A DNA stretch of 64,000 bases from an uncultured delta proteobacterium. GTDB lineage: Bacteria; Desulfobacterota; Binatia; JACPRU01. Shown one piece after another: positions 38,471 to 48,993 of the stretch. The position numbers and the translations under genes were made by a program. The notes below the pieces were generated by a model. It saw nothing but the letters and a program-made list of their open reading frames with translations, had not been told where the DNA came from and ran no database searches. Numbering within the stretch: the stretch's first letter is position 1; each line of letters begins with the position of its first letter. Where the stretch lies: the NCBI GenBank assembly GCA_963745025.1, contig CAVUWD010000014.1, positions 32,001 through 96,000 on the forward strand. Reading direction: 5' to 3'.

Positions 38471-39087
38471 CTTTTCTCTCCTTTCCCGTTGAGAAGAGAC
38501 TCTCTACTCTTTCTCCGGTTTCGTCGCCATCGCCGGGTGGCACCACGCCTCCTTGCTCATCTTGCCCGCTCGGCCTCGCGTCTCTTCCCGCGCGCAAGCC
38601 TTCTTGTGAACCACGGGCGGAGCCAAGACAAACGATGCGAATCGTCATGCTGGATCTCTTACAAGATTTCGCGCCGCGCAGTCGATCGGACGGTTCCCTT
38701 GGCACGCAACTATGTCGGCGACAGCGACCTGATCGCCTTCGAAAGGTGAATCTTTGCCAGCGAGGCCGTGAGCGTCGCTCGCGCCCGCGGAACTCGGGAC
38801 CGAGCGACCAAGCGTCCCACATCGCCGCGGGGCACGCCGCGTCGAGCGTCCGCTCGCGGCGCCCGTCGTCACGGCAGATCCTTCGAAGGAAGAGCAGCCG
38901 ACCGTCGTCCTGTGCGAAAGCATAGTCGCAGAGCTCGCACCGCGTCGGCCATGGAGGATCGTCACGAAAGCCGCCGCCGCCAAAGCGCTGTCGGGGCTAC
39001 GGAATCCGGTCATCGAACCGGCATCGCACTAGCCAACATCGTTCGCGGGAATTGCAATCGCTCGGTTGCTCTCAGACAATCGCCGCC

Positions 39088-40488
39088 GTGAACGCGTTTG
39101 CCACCACCACGCCGCAGAAAGCGATCGCGCTCAATCTCGACAGCAGCAAGTACGGCACCATCGCCGAGATCGGCGCGGGGCAGGAGGTCGCGCGCTGGTT
39201 CTTTCGCGTGGGCGGGGCCGCGGGCACCGTGGCGAAGAGCATCTCCGCTTACGACATGGCGGTGAGCGACGCTATCTACGGTTCCGCGCCGCGCTATGTC
39301 AGCCGGCAGCGGCTGCAGGCCATGCTCGACCACGAGTTCACCCTGCTGTGCGATCGCCTGGACGCGTCAAGGGGCGCGACGACGACCTTCTTCGCCTTTG
39401 CCGATACCGTTGCGACACGTAGCTACACGCGCGCAGAGGACGGGCGCGGGTGGGTCGGTGTCCGCTTCCAGCGCGCGCCGCGGGAGGCGCCATCCGACAT
39501 CCTCATCCACGCCCACCTGAAGGACATGACTGCGATGCACCAGCAGGAGGCGCTGGGGGTGCTGGGAGTCAACCTGATCTACGGCGCCTACCACCGCCAC
39601 GCCGAGCCGGCGGCCCTAGCGGGCTCGCTCATGGACGAGCTCTCGCGCGAACGCCTCGAGGTCGACATGATCAAGTTCTCGGGGCCGGCATTCGAGGGCG
39701 TCGACAACCGGCTCATGAGCCTGCAGCTGGTCGAGCAGGGGCTGACGGACACGGCCATGTTCACGGCTGACGGGGAGGTCGTTCAGCCGTCGGAGGTGCT
39801 CTACAAGAAACCCATCCTCGTCGAGCGTGGCAGCTTCAGACCGGCGACCAATCTCACGCTCGACATCCTGGCCGGGGCACGCGCGCAGTTCGTCGAGGAG
39901 CCGGCCGTCAGGGGGCAGGAGCCGATCGTGCTCATGGAGATGACGCTGCGGAATCTCACCACCGAGGCCGGCGTAGACCACGCCGACTTCCTCGCGCGGG
40001 CGGACATACTGGGCGCCCTTGGCTTCGACGTGCTCATCTCCCGTTTCGGGCAGTACTACCGCCTCGTCGATTACCTCGCCACCTACACCGACAAGCCGAT
40101 CGGCATCGCCGCCGGCTTGCCGAGCATCACGGAGATCGCCAACGAGCGATACTACGACAACCTCGCCGGCGGCATGCTTGAGTCGATCGGGCGTCTCTTC
40201 AAGCGCTCGGTCCGGATGTATGTCTATCCGCTGCGCGACGCGGCCGCGGGGCACGTCGTCACCGTCGAGACGCTGCCGGTGACGGGGGCCTGGCGCCACC
40301 TGCGCGACTTCCTCCTTGATAGCGGCCATCTCGTGCCGATCCACCGCTACGACGAGCTCTTGCTGACCATTTCCACCAAGGATGTCCTCGCGCGCATCCA
40401 GTCGGGCGACTCCGGGTGGGAGGCGATGGTGCCCCCCGCGGTCGCGGACACGATCAAGGCCAAGCGTCTCTTCGCGAGCAATCCGTAA
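39088..40488 (+). CDS. Conserved protein of uncertain function (family often labelled nucleotide adenylyltransferase-like or TonB-dependent receptor)
   Basis: YGTIAEIGAGQEVARWFFRVGGAAGTVAKSISAYD and ERGSFRP motifs recognised from memory. No beta-barrel features or signal peptide seen. Confidence 0.7.
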   Translation: MNAFATTTPQKAIALNLDSSKYGTIAEIGAGQEVARWFFRVGGAAGTVAKSISAYDMAVSDAIYGSAPRYVSRQRLQAMLDHEFTLLCDRLDASRGATTTFFAFADTVATRSYTRAEDGRGWVGVRFQRAPREAPSDILIHAHLKDMTAMHQQEALGVLGVNLIYGAYHRHAEPAALAGSLMDELSRERLEVDMIKFSGPAFEGVDNRLMSLQLVEQGLTDTAMFTADGEVVQPSEVLYKKPILVERGSFRPATNLTLDILAGARAQFVEEPAVRGQEPIVLMEMTLRNLTTEAGVDHADFLARADILGALGFDVLISRFGQYYRLVDYLATYTDKPIGIAAGLPSITEIANERYYDNLAGGMLESIGRLFKRSVRMYVYPLRDAAAGHVVTVETLPVTGAWRHLRDFLLDSGHLVPIHRYDELLLTISTKDVLARIQSGDSGWEAMVPPAVADTIKAKRLFASNP

Positions 40489-40666
40489 AGCGGGCGCGAA
40501 AACCGTGAAGAGCGCCCGGGGACATCATCGCCCCGGGAAATCCGTGAATGGGTGACGGAGTCCATGCGAGACCCCTTTTGATGGAACCGGTGTTCGATTG
40601 ACTTCGGCGCGATGTCCGCAGGAGACTCCGCGCACTTTCGTTTCCTCTCACCCAGGAGAAGAGTCC

Positions 40667-42751
40667 ATGAAGCGTCCTTCGCTGGTAGAGGTCGGTCTTT
40701 GGGGGCTGTCGATCGTGCTCGTCCTTTCCCGCCAGAGTCTCGGTGCGGACGAGGCGGGGACGCGGAAGCCTCCGACCGTCGAGGAGATCCAGGCCGCCAC
40801 GGCCCAGGTCGACGACGAGCGGCTGAAGCATCCGCAGCCGGGGGAATGGCTGACCTACAACGGCAGCCCGAACGAGCAACGCTACAGCCCGCTCGATCAG
40901 GTCAATGACAAGAACGTCACCGACCTGAATCTGGTGTGGAGCTTCTCGACGAACTCGATCCGCGGGCTCGAGGCCACGCCGCTCGTGGCCGGCGGCGTGA
41001 TGTACACGACCGCGCCGTGGAGCGTGGTCTTCGCGCTCGACGCACGCACCGGCAAGCAGATCTGGAGCTACGATCCGAAGGTACCGAAGGAGTGGGGACA
41101 GAAGGCGTGCTGCGACGTGGTGAACCGCGGTGTGGCGGTCTACAAGGGCAAGGTCTACGTCGCGACGCTCGACGCGCGGCTGGTGGCGCTGGATGCCGCG
41201 ACCGGAAAGGTCGTGTGGGAAGAGCGGACGACCGAAAAGGACAAGCCCTACACGATCACCGGTGCTCCGCGCATCGTCAACGGCCGTGTGGTGATCGGCA
41301 ACGGCGGCTCCGAGTACGGCGTGCGCGGCTACGTGTCGGCCTACGACGCGGAGAGCGGGAAGCTTGCCTGGCGCACGTACACGGTTCCGGGCGATCCCGG
41401 GAAGCCGTTCGAGTCGGAAGCGATCGAGGAGGCCGCGAGGACCTGGAAAGGCGCCGACAAGTGGCTGAAGGAAGGCGCGGGCGGCACCGCGTGGGACGCG
41501 ATCACGTACGATCCCGAGCTCAACCTACTCTATTTCGGCACCGGCAACGGCGTGTCGTGGGATCGCGATGACCGCAGCCCCGGTGGCGGCGACAACCTCT
41601 ATCTGAGCTCGATCCTCGCGGTGTTCGCCGACACCGGCGAGGTCAAATGGCACTATCAGGTCGTCCCCGGCGACACCTGGGACTTCGACGCCTGCCAGCA
41701 ACTCGTGCTCGCCGATCTCAAGATCGACGGCAAGGTGCGAAAGGTCTTGATGCAGGCGCCGAAGGAGGGCTTCTTCTACGTCATCGATCGCGAGACCGGA
41801 ACCCTGATCTCCGCGAAGCAGTACGCCGACACGGTCACCTGGGCCAAGGCGATCGACATGAAGACCGGCCGGCCGATCGAGAATCCGGATCAGCGCTACG
41901 CCAAGGGCGTATCGCTGGTCATGCCCTCCAATTTCGGCGCCCACAACTGGCACCCGATGTCGTTCAGTCCGAAGACGGGGCTCGTCTACATTCCGGCTCA
42001 AGAGACGGGGGGGGCGTTCGCGAAGGAAGAGAATCCGAAGATCAAGCCGGGCGCCTGGAACCTGGCGATCGACCTCAATCAGTTCCGGGCGTTGAATCGC
42101 CAGAACGCAGGCACGGGGCACCTGCTCGCGTGGGACCCCGTGAAGCAGAAGCCCGCGTGGCGCGTGCAGCATGCGTACCTCTGGAACGGCGGCACGGTCG
42201 CCACGGCCGGCAACCTGGTCTTCCAGGGCACGTCCGACATGCGCTTCGTGGCCTACAGCGCCGACAAGGGAAAGAAGCTCTGGGAGGTGCCCGTCCAGAG
42301 CGGCATCATCGCCGGGCCGATGACCTACATGCTCGACGGCGTGCAGTACGTCACGGTGAGCGCCGGCTGGGGCGGCGCGTTCGCGCTCGCCGGCGGCGAT
42401 GCCGCGCTCGCGACGGGAGCCCGGCCCGGTGGCGCGGTGCTCACCTATGCGCTCGCGAGCAAGGTGCCGCCCATCTCTGCGGCCGCGGTGGATCCCGACG
42501 TCGCGAGAGGCGAAAAGCTCTACCACAGCTACTGCGCGGTCTGTCACGGCGCGGGCGCCGTCTCGGGCGGCCTGGTGCCGGATCTGCGCCACTCGAACGA
42601 GGACGTGAAGAAGAACATGCTGCTGATCACCAAGCACGGTCTTGCGGGAACCGGCATGGCGCCCTTCGGGGCATGGGTGAGCGAGGACGAGGCGCAGCTC
42701 ATCCAGAAGTACATCCGCGCGCGCGCCGACACCGAGAAAAGCGGGAGGTGA
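40667..42751 (+). CDS. PQQ-dependent alcohol dehydrogenase with C-terminal cytochrome c (type II quinohemoprotein)
   Basis: [14 protein letters not shown], vicinal [19 protein letters not shown], Trp-docking repeats, and CAVCH plus GMAPF haem domain. Confidence 0.93.
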   Translation: MKRPSLVEVGLWGLSIVLVLSRQSLGADEAGTRKPPTVEEIQAATAQVDDERLKHPQPGEWLTYNGSPNEQRYSPLDQVNDKNVTDLNLVWSFSTNSIRGLEATPLVAGGVMYTTAPWSVVFALDARTGKQIWSYDPKVPKEWGQKACCDVVNRGVAVYKGKVYVATLDARLVALDAATGKVVWEERTTEKDKPYTITGAPRIVNGRVVIGNGGSEYGVRGYVSAYDAESGKLAWRTYTVPGDPGKPFESEAIEEAARTWKGADKWLKEGAGGTAWDAITYDPELNLLYFGTGNGVSWDRDDRSPGGGDNLYLSSILAVFADTGEVKWHYQVVPGDTWDFDACQQLVLADLKIDGKVRKVLMQAPKEGFFYVIDRETGTLISAKQYADTVTWAKAIDMKTGRPIENPDQRYAKGVSLVMPSNFGAHNWHPMSFSPKTGLVYIPAQETGGAFAKEENPKIKPGAWNLAIDLNQFRALNRQNAGTGHLLAWDPVKQKPAWRVQHAYLWNGGTVATAGNLVFQGTSDMRFVAYSADKGKKLWEVPVQSGIIAGPMTYMLDGVQYVTVSAGWGGAFALAGGDAALATGARPGGAVLTYALASKVPPISAAAVDPDVARGEKLYHSYCAVCHGAGAVSGGLVPDLRHSNEDVKKNMLLITKHGLAGTGMAPFGAWVSEDEAQLIQKYIRARADTEKSGR

Positions 42752-42898
42752 CGGTCTCGCACCGTCTCTGACGAGGAGGTTCTGGTGGCGCTGCCGACGT
42801 GGCGGTGGTAGTCGGAAAGTGTAAGCGCGACAGCGCGCGACGCAACGACAACAAGGTCCTGATCGGGGCAACGCCGCTTCTTCGTTATGGGATAGGTC

Positions 42899-43879
42899 AT
42901 GGTGCGCGCCCGCATCATCGGAACCGGAAGCTATGCGCCCGAGACGGTCGTGACAAACCACGATCTCTCGAATCGCATCGAGACCAGCGACGAGTGGATC
43001 TTTACGCGCACCGGAATCCGCGAACGCCGGATCGCCAAAGACGGCGAGCAGACGTCCGACATGGCCGTCGCTGCGGCGAGGCGTGCGCTCGAGATGGCCG
43101 GTGTGAAGCCCTCCGAGCTCGACCTGATCATCGTCGGGACGATCTCCGGAGACATGAAGATGCCGTCTTGTGCGGTCTTCGTCCAAGCGAAACTCGGCGC
43201 ACGCGCGCCCGCATTCGACGTCTCCGCCGCATGCGCCGGATCACTCTACGGTCTTTCTATCGCCGACAAGTTCGTGCGCACGGGTGCCGCGAAACGCGTG
43301 CTCGTGGTCGGTGTCGAGCTCCTCTCACGCCTCCTCGACTGGGAAGACCGGAGTACTTGCGTGCTCTTCGGTGATGCAGCCGGGGCGATGCTGATCGCGC
43401 CCGAGACCGAGAGCGACCGCGGTGTTCTCACGACTCACCTCGATGCCGACGGCACCCTCGCCGCGATCCTAACCATCCCGGGTGGGGGCTCCGTCCATCC
43501 GACGACCCACGAGACCGTGGACGCGCGCCTTCACAAGGTGAAGATGAATGGGCGCGAGGTCTATAAGATCGCAGTGCGCGCGCTGGTCGACACGGTCGAG
43601 AAGAGTCTCGCTGCGAACAAAATGACCGCCGCCGACATCACCCACGTCGTCGCGCACCAAGCGAACATCCGCATCGTGGACGCCGTGTTCGAGAGGCTCG
43701 GAGTTCCCAGGGAGAAGGCGATTCTCAACATCCATCGCTATGGGAATACCTCGAGCGCGTCCGTACCGGTCACGCTCGACGAGGGGGTACGGAGTGGCCG
43801 CATCTTGAAGAACGACATCGTTGCGATGATGGCGATCGGCTCGGGGATGGCCTGGGGGAGTGCTCTCATCCGTTGGTGA
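42899..43879 (+). CDS. fabH: 3-oxoacyl-ACP synthase III
   Basis: SDEWIFTRTGIRERR, AACAG (Cys), HQAN (His), GNTSSAS (Asn). Confidence 0.95.
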   Translation: MVRARIIGTGSYAPETVVTNHDLSNRIETSDEWIFTRTGIRERRIAKDGEQTSDMAVAAARRALEMAGVKPSELDLIIVGTISGDMKMPSCAVFVQAKLGARAPAFDVSAACAGSLYGLSIADKFVRTGAAKRVLVVGVELLSRLLDWEDRSTCVLFGDAAGAMLIAPETESDRGVLTTHLDADGTLAAILTIPGGGSVHPTTHETVDARLHKVKMNGREVYKIAVRALVDTVEKSLAANKMTAADITHVVAHQANIRIVDAVFERLGVPREKAILNIHRYGNTSSASVPVTLDEGVRSGRILKNDIVAMMAIGSGMAWGSALIRW

Positions 43880-43908
43880 TCGGCCAAGGGGGGGGCAGAG
43901 CACACTCG

Positions 43909-45057
43909 ATGACACGAGGAGAAGGGAAGCCGGTTGACGTTCTCATCATCGGCGCGGGCATCGCGGGCGCATCGCTCTCCTACTTCCTGAGCGAGCACGG
44001 CGTGAGCGACGTGCTCGTGATCGAGCGCGAAAGCCAGCCGGGCTACCACGCCACCGGACGAAGCGCTGCGACTCTCGTCGAGCTCGATTCGATCCCGGAG
44101 CTCCAGAAGCTCAAGATGTTGGGTGCCCGCTTTCTACGCGAGCCGCCGGCAGGCTTCGCGACGAACCCGGTGCTCGAGCGCACGGGCGTGCTCAGCCTGC
44201 TTCGCGAGCCGCAATGGAGCGGGCTGCGCCAGGCGGCAACCGCATCCCAGCCAGACGGGTTGCGCTTCGAGCTGCTGACGCCCCGGGAGGCGAGCGAGCG
44301 CCTCGACGGAGTGTTGCAGGAGGGCGAACTCACCGGCGCAGCCTGGTTGCCCGACGACGGCTTCATCGACATCCACGAGCTGCTCACCAGTTACATGGGT
44401 CACGCGAAGCGCCGCGGCATCGAGTTTCGATTCGGCGTCGAGGTCGCCGGCATCGTTCGCGAGGGCGGCGAGTGCCGGGGAATCTCGACGACGGCCGGCC
44501 TCATCCGGGCGCGACGCGTCGTGAACGCAGCGGGGGCGTGGGTCGGTGAGATCGCCCGGGCGGCGGGTACGACTCCGATCGAGTTCCGGCCGTTACGCCG
44601 CAGCATCGCGATCCTCCCAGCCCCGGCGGGCATCGATGTGCGTCGCTGGCCGATGGTGTGGAGCGATCCGCACAACGTCTACTTTCGCCCCGAGTCGGGC
44701 GGGCTCCTCTTCTGCCCGATGGACGAGGTGGCGATGGCGCCGTGCGATGCCAGCCCCGATGAGGAGATCATCGCCGAGGGGCTCGAGCGTCTGCGCGCAC
44801 TCGCGCCCGCGCTGGTGCCCCGCGTACTGGGCCGGCGCTGGGCCGGTCTGCGGACCTTCTCTCCCGACCGCGTGCCCGTGGTCGGCGACGACCCCGCCCT
44901 GCCGGGGTTCTTCTGGCTCGCCGGTCAGGGTGGCTGCGGAATAGAAACCAGCCCTGCTCTCGGCCAGATCGCCGCCGACCTCATCGCCACCGGCAAGACG
45001 AACCTGTTCGACGCCGCCGCCCTGTCACCGGCGCGATTCGCCGCCTTGCCGGCGTGA
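43909..45057 (+). CDS. FAD-dependent oxidoreductase (DAO/glycine oxidase family)
   Basis: IIGAGIAG, HATGRSAA, VVNAAGAW, WAGLRTF and GQGGCGIETSP. Confidence 0.88.
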   Translation: MTRGEGKPVDVLIIGAGIAGASLSYFLSEHGVSDVLVIERESQPGYHATGRSAATLVELDSIPELQKLKMLGARFLREPPAGFATNPVLERTGVLSLLREPQWSGLRQAATASQPDGLRFELLTPREASERLDGVLQEGELTGAAWLPDDGFIDIHELLTSYMGHAKRRGIEFRFGVEVAGIVREGGECRGISTTAGLIRARRVVNAAGAWVGEIARAAGTTPIEFRPLRRSIAILPAPAGIDVRRWPMVWSDPHNVYFRPESGGLLFCPMDEVAMAPCDASPDEEIIAEGLERLRALAPALVPRVLGRRWAGLRTFSPDRVPVVGDDPALPGFFWLAGQGGCGIETSPALGQIAADLIATGKTNLFDAAALSPARFAALPA

Positions 45058-45222
45058 ACGGTGCGACTCGGGGTCTGGAGCCATCGGATGGGCCGCCTTC
45101 CTGCCGGCCCATCACCGCGCGATCATGGCCCACCTTCCGGCAGCTGCTCGCTCGCCTGGGTCACACGGTTCCCAATTCTGAGAGCGTTGTCCGTAACGAT
45201 TCTCATGGCTCGGAAGCGCGAG

Positions 45223-45660
45223 CTAGGGAACGCACAGAACCGGAACCCGCGCGCCGCGCAGGACTTTCTCGGCCGTGCTGCCGAACAAGAGCTCCTCGAC
45301 GCTCCCCTCCGCACTGCGGCTGCCGATCACGATGAGGTCGCACTCGAGGTCGCCGGCGATCTTGATGATCTCGGCGAACGGCACGCCTTCGACGACCATG
45401 CGTTCGAACTTGCCGGCGACCGATCGCTCGACGTCGTCGAGCTGGCCCTCGGCGCGTGCGCGCATTCGCGTCACCGCCTCCGCGTACGAGCAGATGCCCG
45501 TAGCCTCGAGGTGCCGCGCGAGTTCCACGTCGACGACGTGAACCGCAGTGATCTCGGCGGCCGGGGAGTACCAGGCGATCGCGGTCTCGAGCACGCGTCG
45601 CGAAGATGCCGAGAGATCGACCGCGACCAGCACGGCGGTAGGCACCGGGCGCGCGCTCAC
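45223..45660 (-). CDS. Universal stress protein
   Basis: VLVAVDLS, GVPFAEII, DLIVIGS and FGSTAEKVLR..PVLCV. GTG start at 45660. Confidence 0.88.
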   Translation of the reverse strand: MSARPVPTAVLVAVDLSASSRRVLETAIAWYSPAAEITAVHVVDVELARHLEATGICSYAEAVTRMRARAEGQLDDVERSVAGKFERMVVEGVPFAEIIKIAGDLECDLIVIGSRSAEGSVEELLFGSTAEKVLRGARVPVLCVP

Positions 45661-45827
45661 CGTCCGCCTCTCGGTGCGGCGGTTCGGCAGCCGCGATCGG
45701 GGAGCGCGCGAATCGCGTCGGCGGGTACCCGCCGGGTCAATGGTCGTACCTCCTCTCTCGAGCGCATCTGCTCCAGGTTCCGATCCGCGAGCACGAGGGC
45801 GCGGGCAATCCAGAGTATGGTGATCAT
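45657..45827 (-). CDS. Putative 56-aa small protein coupled to the usp gene
   Basis: GGGAG RBS, then MITILWIARALVLADRNLEQMRSREEVRPL...GGR*. Its TGA overlaps the usp GTG (GTGA). Confidence 0.4.
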   Translation of the reverse strand: MITILWIARALVLADRNLEQMRSREEVRPLTRRVPADAIRALPDRGCRTAAPRGGR

Positions 45828-46043
45828 AGTTCAATCTCCCCTGGCTCGTAAGCAGATGCACGGATCGTGCCCTGGGAGAGGGCTGACGGCTTCTACGAGC
45901 GGCGGAAGGACGTCGATCGGACGTCTACTTCGCTGTACCCGGGCCAATAGCGAAATAAAGACCAAAACGGTGCTTCGGTGCGCCTCGGGTCGCTTCAAGT
46001 ATACGCCGTGGGATATCGTCCGGTCCTCACGAAAGGAGATCTC

Positions 46044-46553
46044 ATGAACCCCAACGATGCCATCCGCCTATTCGCCAAGACCCTGCAGAATCTCGAACGT
46101 TGGATGGACAAGGCCACCGCACACGCGAAGGCCAAGTCCTTCGATATCGACGTGCTTGCCCAGGCACGGCTGGCGCCGGATCAGTACGCCTTCGTCGGCC
46201 AGGTGCAGTCCGCCTGCGACCAGGCGAAGTACGCGGCCGCGTACCTCGGCAACAAGACGGCGCCGTCCCACCCGGACACGGAACAGACGTTCGCCGAGCT
46301 CCGGCAGCGGATCCAGAAGTGCCTCAGCTTCGTCGAGACCGTGCAGGAGAATGATCTGGCTGGAGCGGACGAGCGGAAAGTGGCTCCGCCTTGGCTCGGC
46401 GGCAGATGGCTCCGCGGCGACGACTACCTGGTGCACATCGCGCTGCCGAACTTCTTCTTCCATGCGACGATGGCGTACGCGATCCTCCGCCACAACGGCG
46501 TCGATCTCGGCAAGATGGACTACATCGGATCGATCCCGACGAGGGAAGGCTGA
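46044..46553 (+). CDS. DUF1993 family protein
   Basis: RLAPDQ, QVQSACDQAK and LPNFFFHATMAYAILRHNGVDLGKMDY. AAGGAG RBS. Confidence 0.9.
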   Translation: MNPNDAIRLFAKTLQNLERWMDKATAHAKAKSFDIDVLAQARLAPDQYAFVGQVQSACDQAKYAAAYLGNKTAPSHPDTEQTFAELRQRIQKCLSFVETVQENDLAGADERKVAPPWLGGRWLRGDDYLVHIALPNFFFHATMAYAILRHNGVDLGKMDYIGSIPTREG

Positions 46554-46709
46554 CGTCAGGCGGCATCGATCTCTTGAACGCTCGATCGCCGGTGGCGTCT
46601 ACGGGAAACACTGACAGCACGGGTGAAGGCGGCTTCCCCTGAACGTCGGATCGAAGTAGTCGAACTCCGGGAGACCGAGATCGGCGACGAGCGTGGGAGA
46701 CTACCCACC

Positions 46710-47627
46710 ATGAACGAGAAGCCCGCGTGGCTCCGTGAGCTCTTCCCGTGGGAGCAGCAAACGCTCCGCGTGAACGGGCGCTCGATGGCATACGTCGACG
46801 AGGGCGAGCGCGGGACGCGGCCGGTCGTCCTCCTCCACGGGAACCCGACGTGGGGCTTTCTCTATCGCGACTTCGTCGGGCCGTTGAAGCGCGCCGGCTA
46901 CCGCGTCGTCGTCCCCGATTGGATCGGCGCCGGCTACTCCGACCACCCGCGCCTCGACGCCGCGTACTCGCTCGCGCACCACGCGGCCGACCTCGTGTCG
47001 CTGATCGACCAGCTCGATCTCCGGGGCTTCGTGATCGTCGGGCAGGACTGGGGCGGACCGCAGGGCGTCGGCGCCGCGCTCCGGCGGCTCGACCGCCTGG
47101 CGGCGCTCGTCCTGATGAACACTTGGCTCTTCACGGGTTATGCCGGGAAGTTCCATTCCTCTCCGCGGCCGTGGACGACGTGGCACGCGCCCCTGGTCGG
47201 CCAACTGCCGATGAAGCGCTGGAAGGTGCTGTCGCATGCGGGGCCCTCCGCCGTCACGCGGCGGGGATTGAGCGAGGCGGAGAAGCGCGCCTACCATCAC
47301 GTCTTCGACGAGCCGGAGTCGGATACCGTGGTGCTTACCTGGCCGCGGACGATCCCGATGCGCGAGGGGGACCGCGGCTGGGCGGACATGAAGGAGATCG
47401 AGCGCCGCCTCCCCGAGCTCGCGAGCACGCCGACGCTTCTTCTCTGGGCGCCGGAGGACAACGTCTTCCCGATCGAGTACGCGAACCGGATGAAGGAGCT
47501 CCTGCCGCACGCGGAGGGCCCGATCCTCTTCGACCGCGCGGCGCACTTTCTCCAAGATGATCGTGGCCCGGACCTCGTCGCCGCGATCGTGCCGTTTCTC
47601 GACCGCACCGTCGGGAGCCGCCGATGA
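46710..47627 (+). CDS. Alpha/beta hydrolase, haloalkane dehalogenase-like
   Basis: LLHGNPTW, PDWIGAGYSD, nucleophile elbow GQDWGG and HFLQDD. Confidence 0.85.
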   Translation: MNEKPAWLRELFPWEQQTLRVNGRSMAYVDEGERGTRPVVLLHGNPTWGFLYRDFVGPLKRAGYRVVVPDWIGAGYSDHPRLDAAYSLAHHAADLVSLIDQLDLRGFVIVGQDWGGPQGVGAALRRLDRLAALVLMNTWLFTGYAGKFHSSPRPWTTWHAPLVGQLPMKRWKVLSHAGPSAVTRRGLSEAEKRAYHHVFDEPESDTVVLTWPRTIPMREGDRGWADMKEIERRLPELASTPTLLLWAPEDNVFPIEYANRMKELLPHAEGPILFDRAAHFLQDDRGPDLVAAIVPFLDRTVGSRR

Positions 47628-48001
47628 AGTTCGTGACGGCCCCGACGCCCGAAGAGCTCGCCGCCCTCCGTGCCGATCCTCTCCTCTGGGAGCAGGAGCT
47701 CGACGTACGACCCGAGGTCGCCGAGTCGATCGAGCGCGCGCTCGGGTTCCGCGCCGGGCGGGCCTACTGGCAATCGGCGCGTGGCCACCTCTACGCGCTC
47801 GAGCTCGCGGATCTCGGGCGCGGCCGGCCATCGATGGCGATCGTGTACGGCTTCTGGTCGCGCTGGGAGCCGCGGCCGGCCGAGGACGTCATCGACGCCG
47901 ATCTCGTCGACTTCTGCCTGTGGTTCGCCGAAGCCGCCGACGGGCTCGAGCGGGAGGACGTCGAGCGGGTGTTCGAGCGCGCACGGCGACGGCCGGCGTG
48001 A
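47624..48001 (+). CDS. Hypothetical protein
   Basis: ATGA overlap with the upstream hydrolase, normal codon pattern, no recognised motif. Confidence 0.6.
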   Translation: MKFVTAPTPEELAALRADPLLWEQELDVRPEVAESIERALGFRAGRAYWQSARGHLYALELADLGRGRPSMAIVYGFWSRWEPRPAEDVIDADLVDFCLWFAEAADGLEREDVERVFERARRRPA

Positions 48002-48219
48002 CGCCGTGCTTCGGCGTCGTCATTCCCGCGGGCCGCTTTCCATCTCCCGCTTCAATGCCGAAGACGGTCGCCCGGTCCCTCTTCGGTTCGCCTCGGTCCG
48101 GAATTTGCGCCGGTGGCGTCGGCATCGGGCGCCCGAGCCGCGCGCAGCGAATGCGGGGCGAAGCCCCGGGGCGGCAAGACGAGCGTGACGGCGGCGTGGA
48201 ATGGAATTCGGTCGAGCGG

Positions 48220-48696
48220 TCAGCCTGCGGTTTCGCTGAGCCGATCGGTCGGAATGCATCCTTCTCGGCCCCGAAGGTTCCCGGACAGGATTCTAACCTT
48301 TGCCATCAGCCCGCATTCGCCCAGGATCTCTACCTTGGTCCCATGCGCGACTTCGCCGAGCTGAAAAGGCGCGCATGCGTCCTGATCTTGCCGGTCGGCC
48401 GAAGGACTCACCTCCGAACGTACCAGGTCGTCGATCCGCCTTTTCGCATCTCGCTTCCTCGCCTCGATCACCTGAGCGCAATCCTCGAGGGCCGTGGACG
48501 TCTGCCAAGCCATTGCGTTCGGTTGGCTCGCGCCGTCCCTGTTCTCGCCGGCATTCACGAACCGAAATACCGGCGTGACGGCAGCTTCTCGACTAGCGGG
48601 TGCGACCACGCTTTCGATCAACCGGCCTATGGCAAGCCACGCCACTGCGCCGAACAACAGCACCGCTCCGAGGACCGAGATGTTCTTCGTCTTCAC
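48220..48696 (-). CDS. Membrane-anchored/exported hypothetical protein with SH3-like C-terminus
   Basis: N-terminal hydrophobic helix, then GTKVEIL...KVRILSG..GREGCI. GTG after GGAG. Confidence 0.55.
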   Translation of the reverse strand: MKTKNISVLGAVLLFGAVAWLAIGRLIESVVAPASREAAVTPVFRFVNAGENRDGASQPNAMAWQTSTALEDCAQVIEARKRDAKRRIDDLVRSEVSPSADRQDQDACAPFQLGEVAHGTKVEILGECGLMAKVRILSGNLRGREGCIPTDRLSETAG

Positions 48697-48993
48697 AACT
48701 CCGATTCGAAACGCAGCTTCTCCCGGGTGAGCACTGCGACGGCTCCTCATGGGCGATCGGAGCGCCGAACGGCGCGAAGATCAAGGACCCGGCATGCGAT
48801 CCCCCGCGAAATTTCGAGACACGACGTGTTCTTTGCCGGTGGCCGCATGCCAAGAGCCGTCCGTTCAGCCGCCGGCCGCTCTTGCGCGGCTCTCTGTCGT
48901 CGGAGAGAGTCCGGCAGGCACCCTCGTGGCTCTCCTCGGCGACGTCATGGCGGCACACCGCGGCGCTCGATCGCTCGATCACCGGGTCGGCGC

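Noticed and set aside
37557-39013. ORFs flanking sodC
   Set aside because: Arg/Pro/Ser-rich translations with no motifs. Treated as non-coding or shadow frames.
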